Shown piece by piece: positions 10,615 through 23,300 of a DNA stretch of 64,000 nt (positions are counted from its first letter, which is position 1; every line of letters begins with the position of its first letter). The translations under genes and the position numbers were made by a program. The notes beneath the pieces are model-generated. The model saw only the letters and a program-made list of their open reading frames with translations, did not search any database and was not told the DNA's origin. Source of the stretch: Zygnema circumcarinatum SAG 698-1b (taxonomy: Eukaryota; Plantae; Zygnematophyceae); NCBI GenBank assembly GCA_037447605.1, contig CM074822.1:1387492-1451491 (forward strand), given 5' to 3'.

Positions 10615-12663
10615 TCTGTATGCCTTCTCCTCCCCAGAAGGGAGGAGGGAGGGAGGGAGGGGAGCAGGGAGGGAGGGAGAGAGCCGACGCAAGAGAGGCG
10701 GTGGCCGCGGGAGTGGCCGCTAGAGAGGGAGGGAGGGAAGGAGGGAAGGAGGGAAGGAGGGAGGGAGGGAGGGAGGGAGGGAGGGAGGGAGGGAGGGAGG
10801 GAGGGAGGCAGTTTGCACCATGTTACCAAGCCTTCTCCGCCCCTCGCCTACGAATGAGGACCACCCCGGAGAGGACTGCTGGCCAAACTGCCTTGTGTCA
10901 TTCGTGCCTTGCCTCCCCGGTCCGCCTGCACTGGCATCGCGTGGATAATGCCTCGACATCGTATCAAGTGGCTGCTGAATAAATTGTGCCACGAGCTGCT
11001 GAACTGAACCACTGGCCGCGTTGTCAATCACGGATGCGATCACGCGCGCGTTTCCCATCAGTCTGAGCTCATCTTGCGAGTAATCAATCCACCTGTGCGT
11101 CAAGACTCCAACAACCTCGCGGTCACACACAGGACTCCCGTTGATCTTCTCAAACAGCGCATCTTGCCACTTGTACAGTCGCAGAAGCCGCGTCGCACCG
11201 ACGCGCCTGACAGTCCGTGCAATGAGAACAGGATGGATGTCTGAGCCTGTCGATGCTGACACGCTGGGAGGGAGGGAGGGAGGGAGCTGACGCGAGAGAG
11301 GGGGTGGCTGCGGGACATGCCTCGATATTTGCACTGCAGCGTGCTGGTGTTTTACTTGACTCGTTTACAGAATTTCGAATGCTTGGGACAGTAATTCAGT
11401 GCAATGTAGCAGGTCTGATAGCGAACGATGGCATTCATCAAGAGACTGTGAACCATGCCACCAGCCTGCAGCACTTTCAACATTGAGAGCTTTTTAACCG
11501 AAAATTTGTAAACTAGGCCAAAACATATGTCGATAAGGTAATCTTGCTAGGCTTTTGGAGTGCGAGTTCCATTGGGAACAGCACTATAACCACACAGAAA
11601 AAAGCTCGAAAACACTTTCAGACACAAAACGCGCAACTCAACTCAATCGCACACTCCCTCCATCCCTCCCTCATTCCCATGCGCACAAAGGTAATGCTTT
11701 ATAAACGTACCAATGCCATTCGGCGGGCTCTAATCCTACAAAGATAGGCACACAAGTTGTAAACTGGACAGAAAGATCTACCAAACAAGTGAAACAACGC
11801 CGGTTTCATTCATACCAGCCACTAGCAACTACTCACACTTTTAACAATCAAATTTGTACACAAAGCCATTTCTTATATACAAGGTTTCGAATTTTGTAAA
11901 CGCATACCATCGAGTTGTTGTGTGTCCGGTTCTCTCGATGTACTGGTCTCTACACATTTTACAATTTCGTACAAGTTTACAATTGTCTCTTGGTTTCAAA
12001 TTGTGGCTTGTGTCTTGTGTGATACCGTGAGTTCCTTTTTTTGCCTAAGGGTCGGGCCGCGCCTTCACATGCGCGAACTGAACGCGCAAGGGATTGCGTA
12101 CTACGCGTACGCGGCGGCTAAGCTGCCTTCGAAACCACCAAGACCACTCCCTCTCCAAGCGGCGACTTTGCCGTTGCGTTGCTTTTCACGCAACGGCGAA
12201 TGCACTCCATGCGAATGCCTTCCTGGCGGCATCGTGTCCGCCCATTTCATCGACGGTTCTTCGCGGGCTGCGAAATCAAGCATAACTATGGTTAGGTTAA
12301 CATCCCTAGTACATTAACACAGACCTACCGTACTAAAAGTGGTTTCTTCAAAATCAGGGCGAATTTTTAGGGTAAAGAAAGTACTAGGGTCGAAAATTTT
12401 AGTGGGGGGGCTACTGTACCCAAGGTAAACCATACGCAAATGAAGGCTCACCACGTGTGCAGACCGTCCGACGTGGCACGCTGTGATTGCCTGGGGTCAA
12501 ACACTGGTCTCTGAGGGAAGCTGCTGGGAAGATTTGCGGCGCACCGAAACGCATCCGTTCGAGGATGTGGACAGGATCGGACGGTAGAAATTGACATCGG
12601 GCAACGATCGACGGTCCGGAATTGACTGGTTTATGGCAAGCTTACGCTGCGCAGGACCCGGCG

Positions 12664-12735
12664 CTAACAAACTTGCCCTTGGGAGGATTCGAACCCTGGA
12701 CCTCTTATACCAACGAAGCTTCTGCTTGACTCGCC
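12664..12735 (-). mobile_element. tRNA-derived repeat fragment (SINE-like, or relic LTR related to the TRIM at 54436)
   Basis: Minus strand ggtataagaggtccagGGTTCGAATCCtccc carries a B-box. The plus strand taacaaacttgcccttgggaggattcgaaccctggacctc aligns with the TRIM LTR start taacaaacccgccctcggcaaggttcgaacacaggacctc. Confidence 0.55.
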
Positions 12736-13612
12736 CTCTCCCTCTCCCCCTCCCCCTCTCTCTCGCTCTCTCAAACAATCACAACTTATTCTGTTGCAAT
12801 GTAGATCTCTGCAAGCCGCTCCTGCCGTGATGTATGAAGGGAGAGCGAGCGGCGGAGAGAGAGAGGGTAAGAGGGTGAGAGAGAAAAGTGAGAGGAAGGG
12901 AGAGGGAAGAGGTAGAGGTGGGGAAGTGGGAGAGGGAGTGGGATTTGGAGGGAGAAGGAGAAAGAAAGAGATAGAGGTGGATAGGGAGAGCTGGAGGGAG
13001 AGAGAGAGAAAGAGTGAGAGTCAGAGACGCCTTAAGTGATACCCTAAAATATTAGAACTTTAAATTTCTGAGCCCCCACTAGTGCTGCAGGCGGAGATCT
13101 TGAAGCAGGAGGTTCGCCAGTTGAGGGAAGCTCTCGAGAACGAGAAGCAGTATCTGATGGGGACTGCATCCGGTCTAGACTTACAGGTCACATTCTACAT
13201 TCCTTCTAATAATTAATAGATAAAACCGGATAATTCAATCGAAGCACAGGCCCTTCACTCACACCGAACAACACAACCATTACTGATTAATTTTCGCTAT
13301 AAAATTTTCTCCCCCACACAACACAAAGTAAAAACACCTGCTATCGCCCATCATATCAGGCCTATCCAGAACCCTCCAACTCGCACTCTCTCCCTCTCCC
13401 ACCATCTCAAAAGCTCACATTCCCCTCTACCGCTACCTCCTCCCCATTCGAGTCTCTGACTGTCTACCCCTCACATTCAAAGGCAGCCAATCAACACCCA
13501 CCAATTGGCAGCCTCCTCCTCTCCCATCTGCAGCCAGCATGCACCACACCAAGCAACAATTCTACGCCGTTCGATCTGCCACGTGGCCGCCTGATCTCTT
13601 CCAATCCCTTCC

Positions 13613-14370
13613 TCAGGCTGCGCTCGGCCAAGTGCTCTCAAAGTCCCAACTCAATATCTCGTGCTGTGCTGTCGCGCCCCCGGTCGCGGCGCTGAAACCG
13701 ACGTAAGCATTCGTCAGCCCCGCACATGCTGCGCACGTGATTGGCCGCAACACGCTGCAAAGCGCCGCCGAGTGCGTCAGCAGCGGGTTCGCGGGTTTGA
13801 CATCTCCGGCGTCATCTAGGTACACACTCCATAGTTTCAAGGCGCCGTCGTACTCAATCCAAGCATACTTCACGGTGGCAAAATCATCGAGAAGAGTTGT
13901 GGTTTGAAGCTTGGCAGTTCTCTTAAAGTTTTCACGCACACCCACGAAACGGCTGGCAGGCTCTCCAAGATCGACGTTTTGATAGGTATCGAAAGTAATT
14001 GCTGCACTCCCCACTGAATTTCTGAATGTAGAGTTGTACGTGTATCCAAGATTTCCACCACTTGATCGTCCGAAATAACCCAGCACTGCATTTGAAGTAA
14101 GAAGGAAAAATGTGAAACCATCGACGGTCCGTGCATTGCTGCTGGAAATTTTAAAGGAGAACTTCGTCCTGAATGAAGCCTCTTGGCATCCCCCAGTCGC
14201 ATTGTCTCGTAAAAGTTCGATTGGACTTTGATAGAGTCCGATTCCAGTAAGAATCTTGTTGTCACTTGTTAGTTGCAATCTCCACTGAACGAGCTTTGTT
14301 GAATAGCGACGGAGTATTTCACTTGCAGAAAAAAAGCCCGGGTAGGAGAAACTGGCCGGGGTGCTAGTTG
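13613..14370 (-). CDS. Terminal exon: legume-type (L-type) lectin domain
   Basis: FRTKFSFKI...VDGFTFFL...GGNLGY...ITFDTYQN...YAWIEYDG...YVGFSAATGG...HEILSWDF, then TGA. Acceptor gttcag| at 14371. Confidence 0.92.
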
Positions 14371-17300
14371 CTGAACACCACACAGAGAAACGGTGAAACT
14401 TAAATCAACGTGCAGTGCAGGAAGAAGATTGGGTCAGCATATGGTGCCATAGTTTTGCAGAAATAAAAACGACACTTGCAACCAGGCTTAACCACACTGA
14501 TGTATCGCGAAAGGTTAGCTACCGAGCACAAACTGTCCCAATTCTTTGGAAATTTTGGAAACCTCTCTCTCTCTCTCTCTCTTCGTTCCTTTCTTTCCAT
14601 TCGATTTTTTCCAATTTTCGCCACTCTCATCTCGCCCTCCATTCCTCTCTCGCCTTCCCTCCCTCCCATCCTCACTCCCTCTGCATAATTGCCAATAGGC
14701 CGCGCTTTGAGCAGCCAAGACATCCGCGTGACTACAAACTTTGCATTTGCTTGCAAAGAGCAAGCTCCCTCACATCCGCTTGACAGCAGGCAGGCACACA
14801 AAACATGGTGGGTTCAGCAAAGCCAAAGTGAAATCGCACGAATCGAAGTCATGACCGGCATCAAGAAAACTCCCACCGAGGACTTCCTGAATGCATCCAT
14901 CTGAAACAATCCAAAACATACCTAGAAATGCTCCATAAACCTTTACTTCGCATAAAGTGAAGTCGGGAAAACCCTGGGAGGAGCCACCCAAATGTATTTT
15001 CCGACCAGAGAGGAACATCTTTTGACGAAGGGGAAGCCATCGCTTGTGGGGCCGTACACAAAAACATTAGTGGGGTCGCACTCTGTGTTCCCATACATAC
15101 TGCCATCGTCACCAATCCACACCTGCACTCCATTCAACCGTTCTTGACCAACATCCGTTCTCCCATACAACAAAACAGTGTCCACCACTGCACTATGACG
15201 CAGATCCACCTTCCACCAAAAACCATATCCATTGTAGGAAGGAGTAATAATCGCGCATGAATCTTCTCCAGCATTTACTTTCCCATTGCCGTTGAAGCCG
15301 TCCACTGACCTATTAGCAGTCCAGTAATCTCCCGACTGATATGCGGGCATATAGAGAGCAAGATTGTCTGCGATCTCCAGTTGGAAGAATCACATACAAA
15401 AAAAAAAAAACAAAAGCATATATGAGTTTACATAATGGTGAAACAGAATTGCAAATTTTCATCCACAAAAATATGGTAATGACATTCCTATACTCAAAGA
15501 AAAGTATACTCCTCCAAATACACAACCGCTAATCGACAAGAACCATTCAGACTTAAATCTTCATCCGCCTCTTCGATTCTCAATCATCGTCATTGACCGA
15601 GCATAAAATCTGGAGCACAACTTAATAAAGATAAACATGACTTCGCCACAACACCGACGAATGTAACCTTTAGATTTCTTCAGGAGTGGGCCAAAAAAAA
15701 GTAGATTTCAACTTGCTAAAAAAATGCACCAAAGCAAACGACACAACCGAGGTGCAAGGTTTGAAGGAGAAGGTCGTACAGCCCGGCATGCATAGAACCT
15801 CTTTTGGAACAACGCATTTGACCCTCATTGAACACATTGCTACAAATGAAGTCATCTCGTCTTACCTCTCAGAATTCCAGGAGGTGGGCTCGGAGGTGGA
15901 GGTGGAGGAGATGGCGGGCTTGGAGGTTGTGGAGGTGCTGGCGGTGGCCTTGGTGGAGGTGGACCAAGTGCTACACAGCCGCACACGAGAAAATAAATAT
16001 CAAGATGTGGCTCTTTCCCGTTTTAGAAATAAGTTGATCGACAAGACTTTGAATTTAGCAAGGAAGAACTTGCAATAATCTGTAAAACCGCAAAAACGCC
16101 CGATACTGTGTGCGACGGACAAAACAAAAGAGAATTTCCACCCCTATCCCCATCGCTAGCAAAATAGAAGGAGAAAAGTCAAATCAATCAATCGTCCTCG
16201 GGCTAGATAGCCTTGACGAGTTTCTTTTAATAGTGACCGCATGATCGGATGTCGTCTATCATAATGATGAGTTCGGGATTTGTTTCGCCTGTCACCAACC
16301 GCTCTGGCCTACATTCGGTATTTAGATTGCTGTCACGTTCATTCGCCTTCACTTCGATGTTCTTTTGTTCTGTATAGGTCGCATTTGTCCGCGACAACTG
16401 CGAGGACGTGGATAGCAAAACACAGCTCTCAAGCCCCTCCCTTCCCCCTCTCCTCTCTCGCCTCCTCCTTGAACTTTCACTCGTTACCTCTCTTGTTGCC
16501 TCTCTCTCTCTTTCTACCTCGCACTCCCTCTTATTTTCACCTCTCCAGCCAATCACTCGTCTTGGCCGGGCTATAGGGCCGCGCTCCGCCCAGCCAACAC
16601 TCATGTTGCTTGAAAAGGACCAACCACTCACACCTCCGTTTCACAACGAGCAGACGCGCAGATAATCAATGGGAGCCCATTACATGCTCAGCGAGGTCAA
16701 AGAAAAAAGGGCGCACTGATCTAAGTCATAACCGGCTTCAAGAAAAGATACGCGCAACTAGTTCCTAAATGCATCCGTCGGAAACAATTCAAGACATACC
16801 TAGAAGTGTTCCATAAACCTTAACTTCGCATAGACTGAGGGGAGGACGTGGATGGTACACCCAAACGAAACGTCCGACCAGCGAGGAACACTTCTTGACG
16901 ACCGGGAAGCCATTGTTGAAGTAGTAGTTGTATACGAACACATTGGTGGGGTCGCATTCTGTGTTTCCTTCTCCATTCCACGTCTCATTGTTAGGACCAA
17001 TCCACGCCGTCACTCCATTGAAGAATTCTCCGGGGACATCTGTTCTCCCATACAACAAAACAGTGTCCACAACTGCACTACGAAGTAGATCCACCTTCCA
17101 CCAAGTTGGTGGCCCATATGTGCGCGCGCAAGAATATTCTCCATCATTTACTCTGTCAGTGCCGTTGTAGCCGTCCACAGCCCTATCAGCGGTCCAGTTC
17201 GAGAACGTGTACAACTGAAATGCGGGCTTATGGAGAGCCAGATTGTCTGCAATCTCCACATGAAAAAAAAAAAAAAAGGGCAGCAAGCAGAAGTATATTA

Positions 17301-20300
17301 AGAAACATAAATGTGATCTTTCATCCACAAAGACAAGATAGTGACATTCCCATACATAAGAGTGTAACTCATCCAAATACATAAGCCACTACTCGACACT
17401 AAATAGTCAGATATCGTCATTGACCGTGCACGAAATCTGGAGCACAATTAATAAGGATAAACTTGACTTCACCAGAACACCGATGAATGTAACCTTTAGA
17501 TTCCTTCAGGAGTGGGATAAGAAAATTGGGTTTCAACTTGATAAGGAAACGCTCTGACGAAAAAGACACAACCGAGGTGCAAGGTTTGAAGGAGAAGGTC
17601 GTACAGCGCGGCATGCATAGAACCTCTTTTGGAACAACGCATTTGACCCTCATTGAACACATTGCTACATTGGAAATCATCTCCTCTTACCTCTCAGAAT
17701 TCCAGGCGGTGGGCTCGGAGGTGGAGGTGGGCTTGGAGGAGGAGGTGGAGACGGAGGGATTGGAGGTGACGGCGGCGGAGGTGGAGGTGCTGCAAAGCCG
17801 CACACGAAGAACTAAGCATCAAGTCGTGGTTCCTATCCGCTTTAGAGAGTAGTTGGTCGATCTGACTTTGAGATGAGCAAGAAAACCCGCAATAAAATGA
17901 TAAACCACTAAAACAGTACGATCCTGTGTTCGACGGACAAAACGAACGAGAATGTCCATCCCCATCGCTGGCGGAAGTGCTCTGGCCAGAAAAGACCAGA
18001 ATTTGTTTTTCCTGTCATCAACCGCTCCGCCTTTACATTCTAGGTATTTAGATTTCTCTGCTTTAATCCTCCTTCTCTTCGATGCTCTCCTTGGATGCAT
18101 AGATTGAGTCTGCCCGCAGCAACTTCAAAGCACGTGCATACAAACACTTCTCACTCTCTCAAACTCGCCCTTCCGCCTCTCCTCTCTAAATCTATCCTTC
18201 CCTCCACTCTCTTCTCCTCTTTTCTCTTTCACTTTTTACCTCTCTTGTTGCGCCTCTCCCTCTATCTCTCATTGCCAGGCAACACTCGTCGTGTTGCTCG
18301 AAAAGGACCAACCTCTCCCACATCCGTTTCACAACGAGGACGCGCAGATGATCAAGGAAGACGATTCCACATTCAGCGATGAAGAAAAATGCAGAAAATG
18401 CAGCAGTCTGAAACAGTCCAAAACATACCTAAAGGGGTCCCATAAACCTTTACTTCGCATAAGTGAAGTCGGATTAAACCCTGGGAGGAGCCACCCAAAT
18501 GTATTTTCCGACCAGAGAGGAACATCTTTTGACGAGGGGGAAGCCATTGCTTGTGGGGCTGAACACAAAAACATTAGAGGGGTCGCACTCTGTGTTCGCA
18601 TACATACTGCCACTGTCACCAATCCACACCTGCACTCCATTCAACCGTTCTTGACCAACATCCGTTCTCCCATACAACAAAACAGTGTCCACCACTGCAC
18701 TATGACGCAGATCCACCATCCACCAAAATCCATATCCATTGTAGGAAGGAGTAATAATCGCGCATGAATCTTCTCCAGCATTTACTTTCCCATTGCCGTT
18801 GAAGCCGTCCACTGACCTATTAGCAGTCCAGTAATCTCCCGACTGATATGCGGGCATATAGAGAGCAAGATTGTCTGCGATCTCCAGTTGGAAGAATCAC
18901 ATACAAAAAAAAAACAAAAGCATATATGAGGTTACATTATGGTGAAACAGAAACGGAAATTTTCATCCACAAAAATATGATAATGACATTCCTATACTCA
19001 AAGAAAAGTATACTCCTCCAAATACACAACCGCTAATCGACAAGAACCATTCAGACTTAAATCTTCATCCGCCTCTTCGATTCTCAATCATCGTCATTGA
19101 CCGAGCATGAAATCTGGAGCACACCTTAATAAAGATAAACATGACTTCGCCACAACACCGACGAATGTAACCTTTAGATTTCTTCAGGAGTGGGCCAAAA
19201 AAAAGTAGATTTCAACTTGATAAAGAAATGCACCAAAGCAAACGACACAACCGAGGTGCAAGGTTTGAAGGAGAAGGTCGTACAGCGCGGCATGCATAGA
19301 ACCTCTTTTGGAACAACGCATCTGACCCTCATTGAACACATTGCTACATTGGAAGTCATCTCGTCTTACCTCTCAGAATTCCAGGAGGTGGGCTTGGAGG
19401 TGGAGGTGGAGGAGATGGCGGACTTGGAGGTTGTGGAGGTGCTGGCGGTGGCCTTGGTGGAGGTGGACCAAGTGCTGCACAGCCGAACACGAACAACTAA
19501 GTACAAAGACGTGGCTCTTTTCCGTATTAGAAATAAGTTGATCGACAAGACTTTGAATTTAGCAAGGAAGAACTTGCAATAATCTTTAAAACCGCAAAAA
19601 CGCACGATACTGTGTGCGACGGACAAAACAAAAGAGAATTTCCACCCCTATCCCCATCGCTAGCAAAATAGAAGGAGAAAAAACAAATCAATCAATCGTC
19701 CTCGGGCTACATAGCCTTGACGAGTTTCTTTTAATAGGTGACCGCATGATCGGATGTCGTCTATCATTATGATGAGTTCGGGATTTGTTTCGCCTGTCAC
19801 CAACCGCTCTGGCCTACATTCGGTATTTAGATTGCTGTCACGTTCATTCGCCTTCAGTTCGATGTTCTTTTGTTATGTATAGGTCGCATCTGTCCGCAGC
19901 AATTGCAAGGACGTGGATAGCAATACACAAGCCCTCCCTTCCCCCTCTCCTCTCTCGCCTCCTCCTTGAACTTCCACTCGTTACCTCTCATGTTGCCTCT
20001 TTCCCATTATCTCTCAGTCCCTGTCTTTCACCTCTCCAGCCAATCACTCGTCTTGGCCGGGCTATAGGGCCGCGCTCCGCCCAGCCAACACTCATGTTGC
20101 TTGAAAAGGACCAACCACTCACACCTCCGTTTCACAACGAGCAGACGCGCAGATAATCAATGGGAGCCCATTACATGCTCAGCGAGGTCAAAGAAAAAAG
20201 GGCGCACTGATCTAAGTCATAACCGGCTTCAAGAAAAGATACGCGCAACTAGTTCCTAAATGCATCCGTCGGAAACAATTCAAGACATACCTAGAAGTGT

Positions 20301-23300
20301 TCCATAAACCTTAACTTCGCATAGACTGAGGGGAGGACGTGGATGGTACACCCAAACGAAACGTCCGACCAGCGAGGAACACTTCTTGATGAAGGGGAAG
20401 CCATCGTCGACGTTAAATATGAACACATTGGTGGGGTCGCATTCTGTGTTTCCTTCTCCATTCCACGTCTCATTGTTAGGACCAATCCACACCGTCACTC
20501 TATTGAAGAGTCCTCTGGTGATATCTCCTATCCCATACAACAAAACAGTGTCCACAACTGCACTACGAAGTAGATCCACCTTCCACCAAGTTGGTGGCCC
20601 ATATGTGCGCGAGAAAGAATATTCTCCATCATTTGCTCTGTCAGTGCCGTTGTAGCCGTCCACAGCCCTATCAGCGGTCCAGTTCGAGAAGGTGTACAAC
20701 TGAAATGCGGGCTTATGGAGAGCCAGATTGTCTGCAATCTCCACATGAAAAAAAAAAAAAAAAAGGGCAGCAAGCAGAAGTACATTAAGAAACATAAATG
20801 TCCACTTTCATCCACAAAGACAAGATAGTGACATTCTCATACATAAGAGTGTAACTCATCCAAATACATAAGCCACTACTCGACACTAAATAGTCAGACA
20901 TCGTCATTGACCGAGCATGAAATCTGGAGCACAACTTAATAAGGATAACCATGACTTCGCCAGAACAAAGACGAATGGACCCTTCAGATTTCTTCAGGAG
21001 TGGGATAAGAACATTAGATTTCAAATTGATAAGGAAACTCCCTGAAGAAAACGACACAACCGAGGTGCAAGGTTTGAAGGAGAAGGTCGTATAGCGCGGC
21101 ATGCATAGAACCTCCTTTGGAACAACACACCTGACCCTCATTGAATACATTGCTACATTGCTATATTGCATTTCATCTGGTCCTCTTACCTCTCGGTGGA
21201 GGGCTTGGAGGTGGGTTTGGAGGAGATGGCGGTGGGTTGGGAGGTGGTGGTGGAATTGGCGGCGGCGGTGGGCTTGGCGGCGGTGGACCAAGTTCTGCAC
21301 AGCCGCACACGAAGAACTAAGCATCAAGTCGTGGTTCCTATCCGCTTTAGAGAGTAGTTGGTCGATCTGACTTTGAGATGAGCAAGAAAACCCGCAATAA
21401 AATGATAAACCACTAAAACAGTACGATCCTGTGTTCGACGGACAAAACGAACGAGAATGTCCATCCCCATCGCTGGCGGAAGTGCTCTGGCCAGAAAAGA
21501 CCAGAATTTGTTTTTCCTGTCATCAACCGCTCCGCCTTTACATTCTAGGTATTTAGATTTCTCTGCTTTAATCCTCCTTCTCTTCGATGCTCTCCTTGGA
21601 TGCATAGATTGAGTCTGCCCGCAGCAACTTCAAAGCACGTGCATACAAACACTTCTCACTCTCTCAAACTCGCCCTTCCGCCTCTCCTCTCTAAATCTAT
21701 CCTTCCCTCCACTCTCTTCTCCTCTTTTCTCTTTCACTTTTTACCTCTCTTGTTGCGCCTCTCCCTCTATCTCTCATTGCCAGGCAACACTCGTCGTGTT
21801 GCTCGAAAAGGACCAACCTCTCCCACATCCGTTTCACAACGAGGACGCGCAGATGATCAAGGAAGACGATTCCACATTCAGCGATGAAGAAAAATGCAGA
21901 AAATGCAGCAGTCTGAAACAGTCCAAAACATACCTAAAGGGGTCCCATAAACCTTTACTTCGCATAGAGTGAGGAAATTTGTTGTTGGAATGTACACCCA
22001 AACGAATCGTCCGACCAGCGAGGCACACCTCTTGACGAACGGAAAGGCCTTGCCAAATTTGTGAAACCGGTAAACGTTAGTGGGGTCGCACTCCGTGTTC
22101 CCAATTGCATTCCATGTGTCATTGTAAATTCCGATCCACACCTGCGCTTCATTCAACTGTTCTTGTAGGGAATCTGTTCTCCCATACAACAAAACAGTGT
22201 CCACAACTGCAGTACGAACTAAATCCACCTTCCACCACCTTTTATAATATGTGCTCGCGCACGTATCTTCTCCATAATCTGCTCTGCCATTGCCGTTGTA
22301 GCCGTCCACAGCCCTATCAGCGGTCCAGTTCAGGAAAGTGTTCTCCTGAAATGCGGGCTTATGGAGAGCCAGATTGTCTGCAATCTCCAGTTGNNNNNNN
22401 NNNCTTTCATCCACAAAGACAAGATAGTGACATTCTCATACATAAGAGTGTAACTCATCCAAATACATAAGCCACTACTCGACACTAAATAGTCAGACAT
22501 CGTCATTGACCGAGCATGAAATCTGGAGCACAACTTAATAAGGATAACCATGACTTCGCCAGAACAAAGACGAATGGACCCTTCAGATTTCTTCAGGAGT
22601 GGGATAAGAACATTAGATTTCAAATTGATAAGGAAACTCCCTGAAGAAAACGACACAACCGAGGTGCAAGGTTTGAAGGAGAAGGTCGTATAGCGCGGCA
22701 TGCATAGAACCTCCTTTGGAACAACACACCTGACCCTCATTGAATACATTGCTACATTGCTATATTGCATTTCATCTGGTCCTCTTACCTCTCGGTGGAG
22801 GGCTTGGAGGTGGGTTTGGAGGAGATGGCGGTGGGTTGGGAGGTGGTGGTGGAATTGGCGGCGGCGGTGGGCTTGGCGGCGGTGGACCAAGTTCTGCACA
22901 GCCGCACACGAAGAACTAAGCATCAAGTCGTGGTTCCTATCCGCTTTAGAGAGTAGTTGGTCGATCTGACTTTGAGATGAGCAAGAAAACCCGCAATAAA
23001 ATGATAAACCACTAAAACAGTACGATCCTGTGTTCGACGGACAAAACGAACGAGAATGTCCATCCCCATCGCTGGCGGAAGTGCTCTGGCCAGAAAAGAC
23101 CAGAATTTGTTTTTCCTGTCATCAACCGCTCCGCCTTTACATTCTAGGTATTTAGATTTCTCTGCTTTAATCCTCCTTCTCTTCGATGCTCTCCTTGGAT
23201 GCATAGATTGAGTCTGCCCGCAGCAACTTCAAAGCACGTGCATACAAACACTTCTCACTCTCTCAAACTCGCCCTTCCGCCTCTCCTCTCTAAATCTATC

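Noticed and set aside
10720-11334. 204-aa minus ORF with a non-repetitive middle (HPVLIARTVRR...DNAASG)
   Set aside because: No recognisable motif or convincing splice partners, and it is flanked by GGGA microsatellites. It could be a gene or TE fragment, but that is unsupported.
15686-22969. Recurrent plus-strand ORFs (MGQKKVDF..., MHRTSFGTTH..., MHPRRASK...)
   Set aside because: Shadows of duplicated introns and antisense spacer exons; their reading frames are not conserved across copies.
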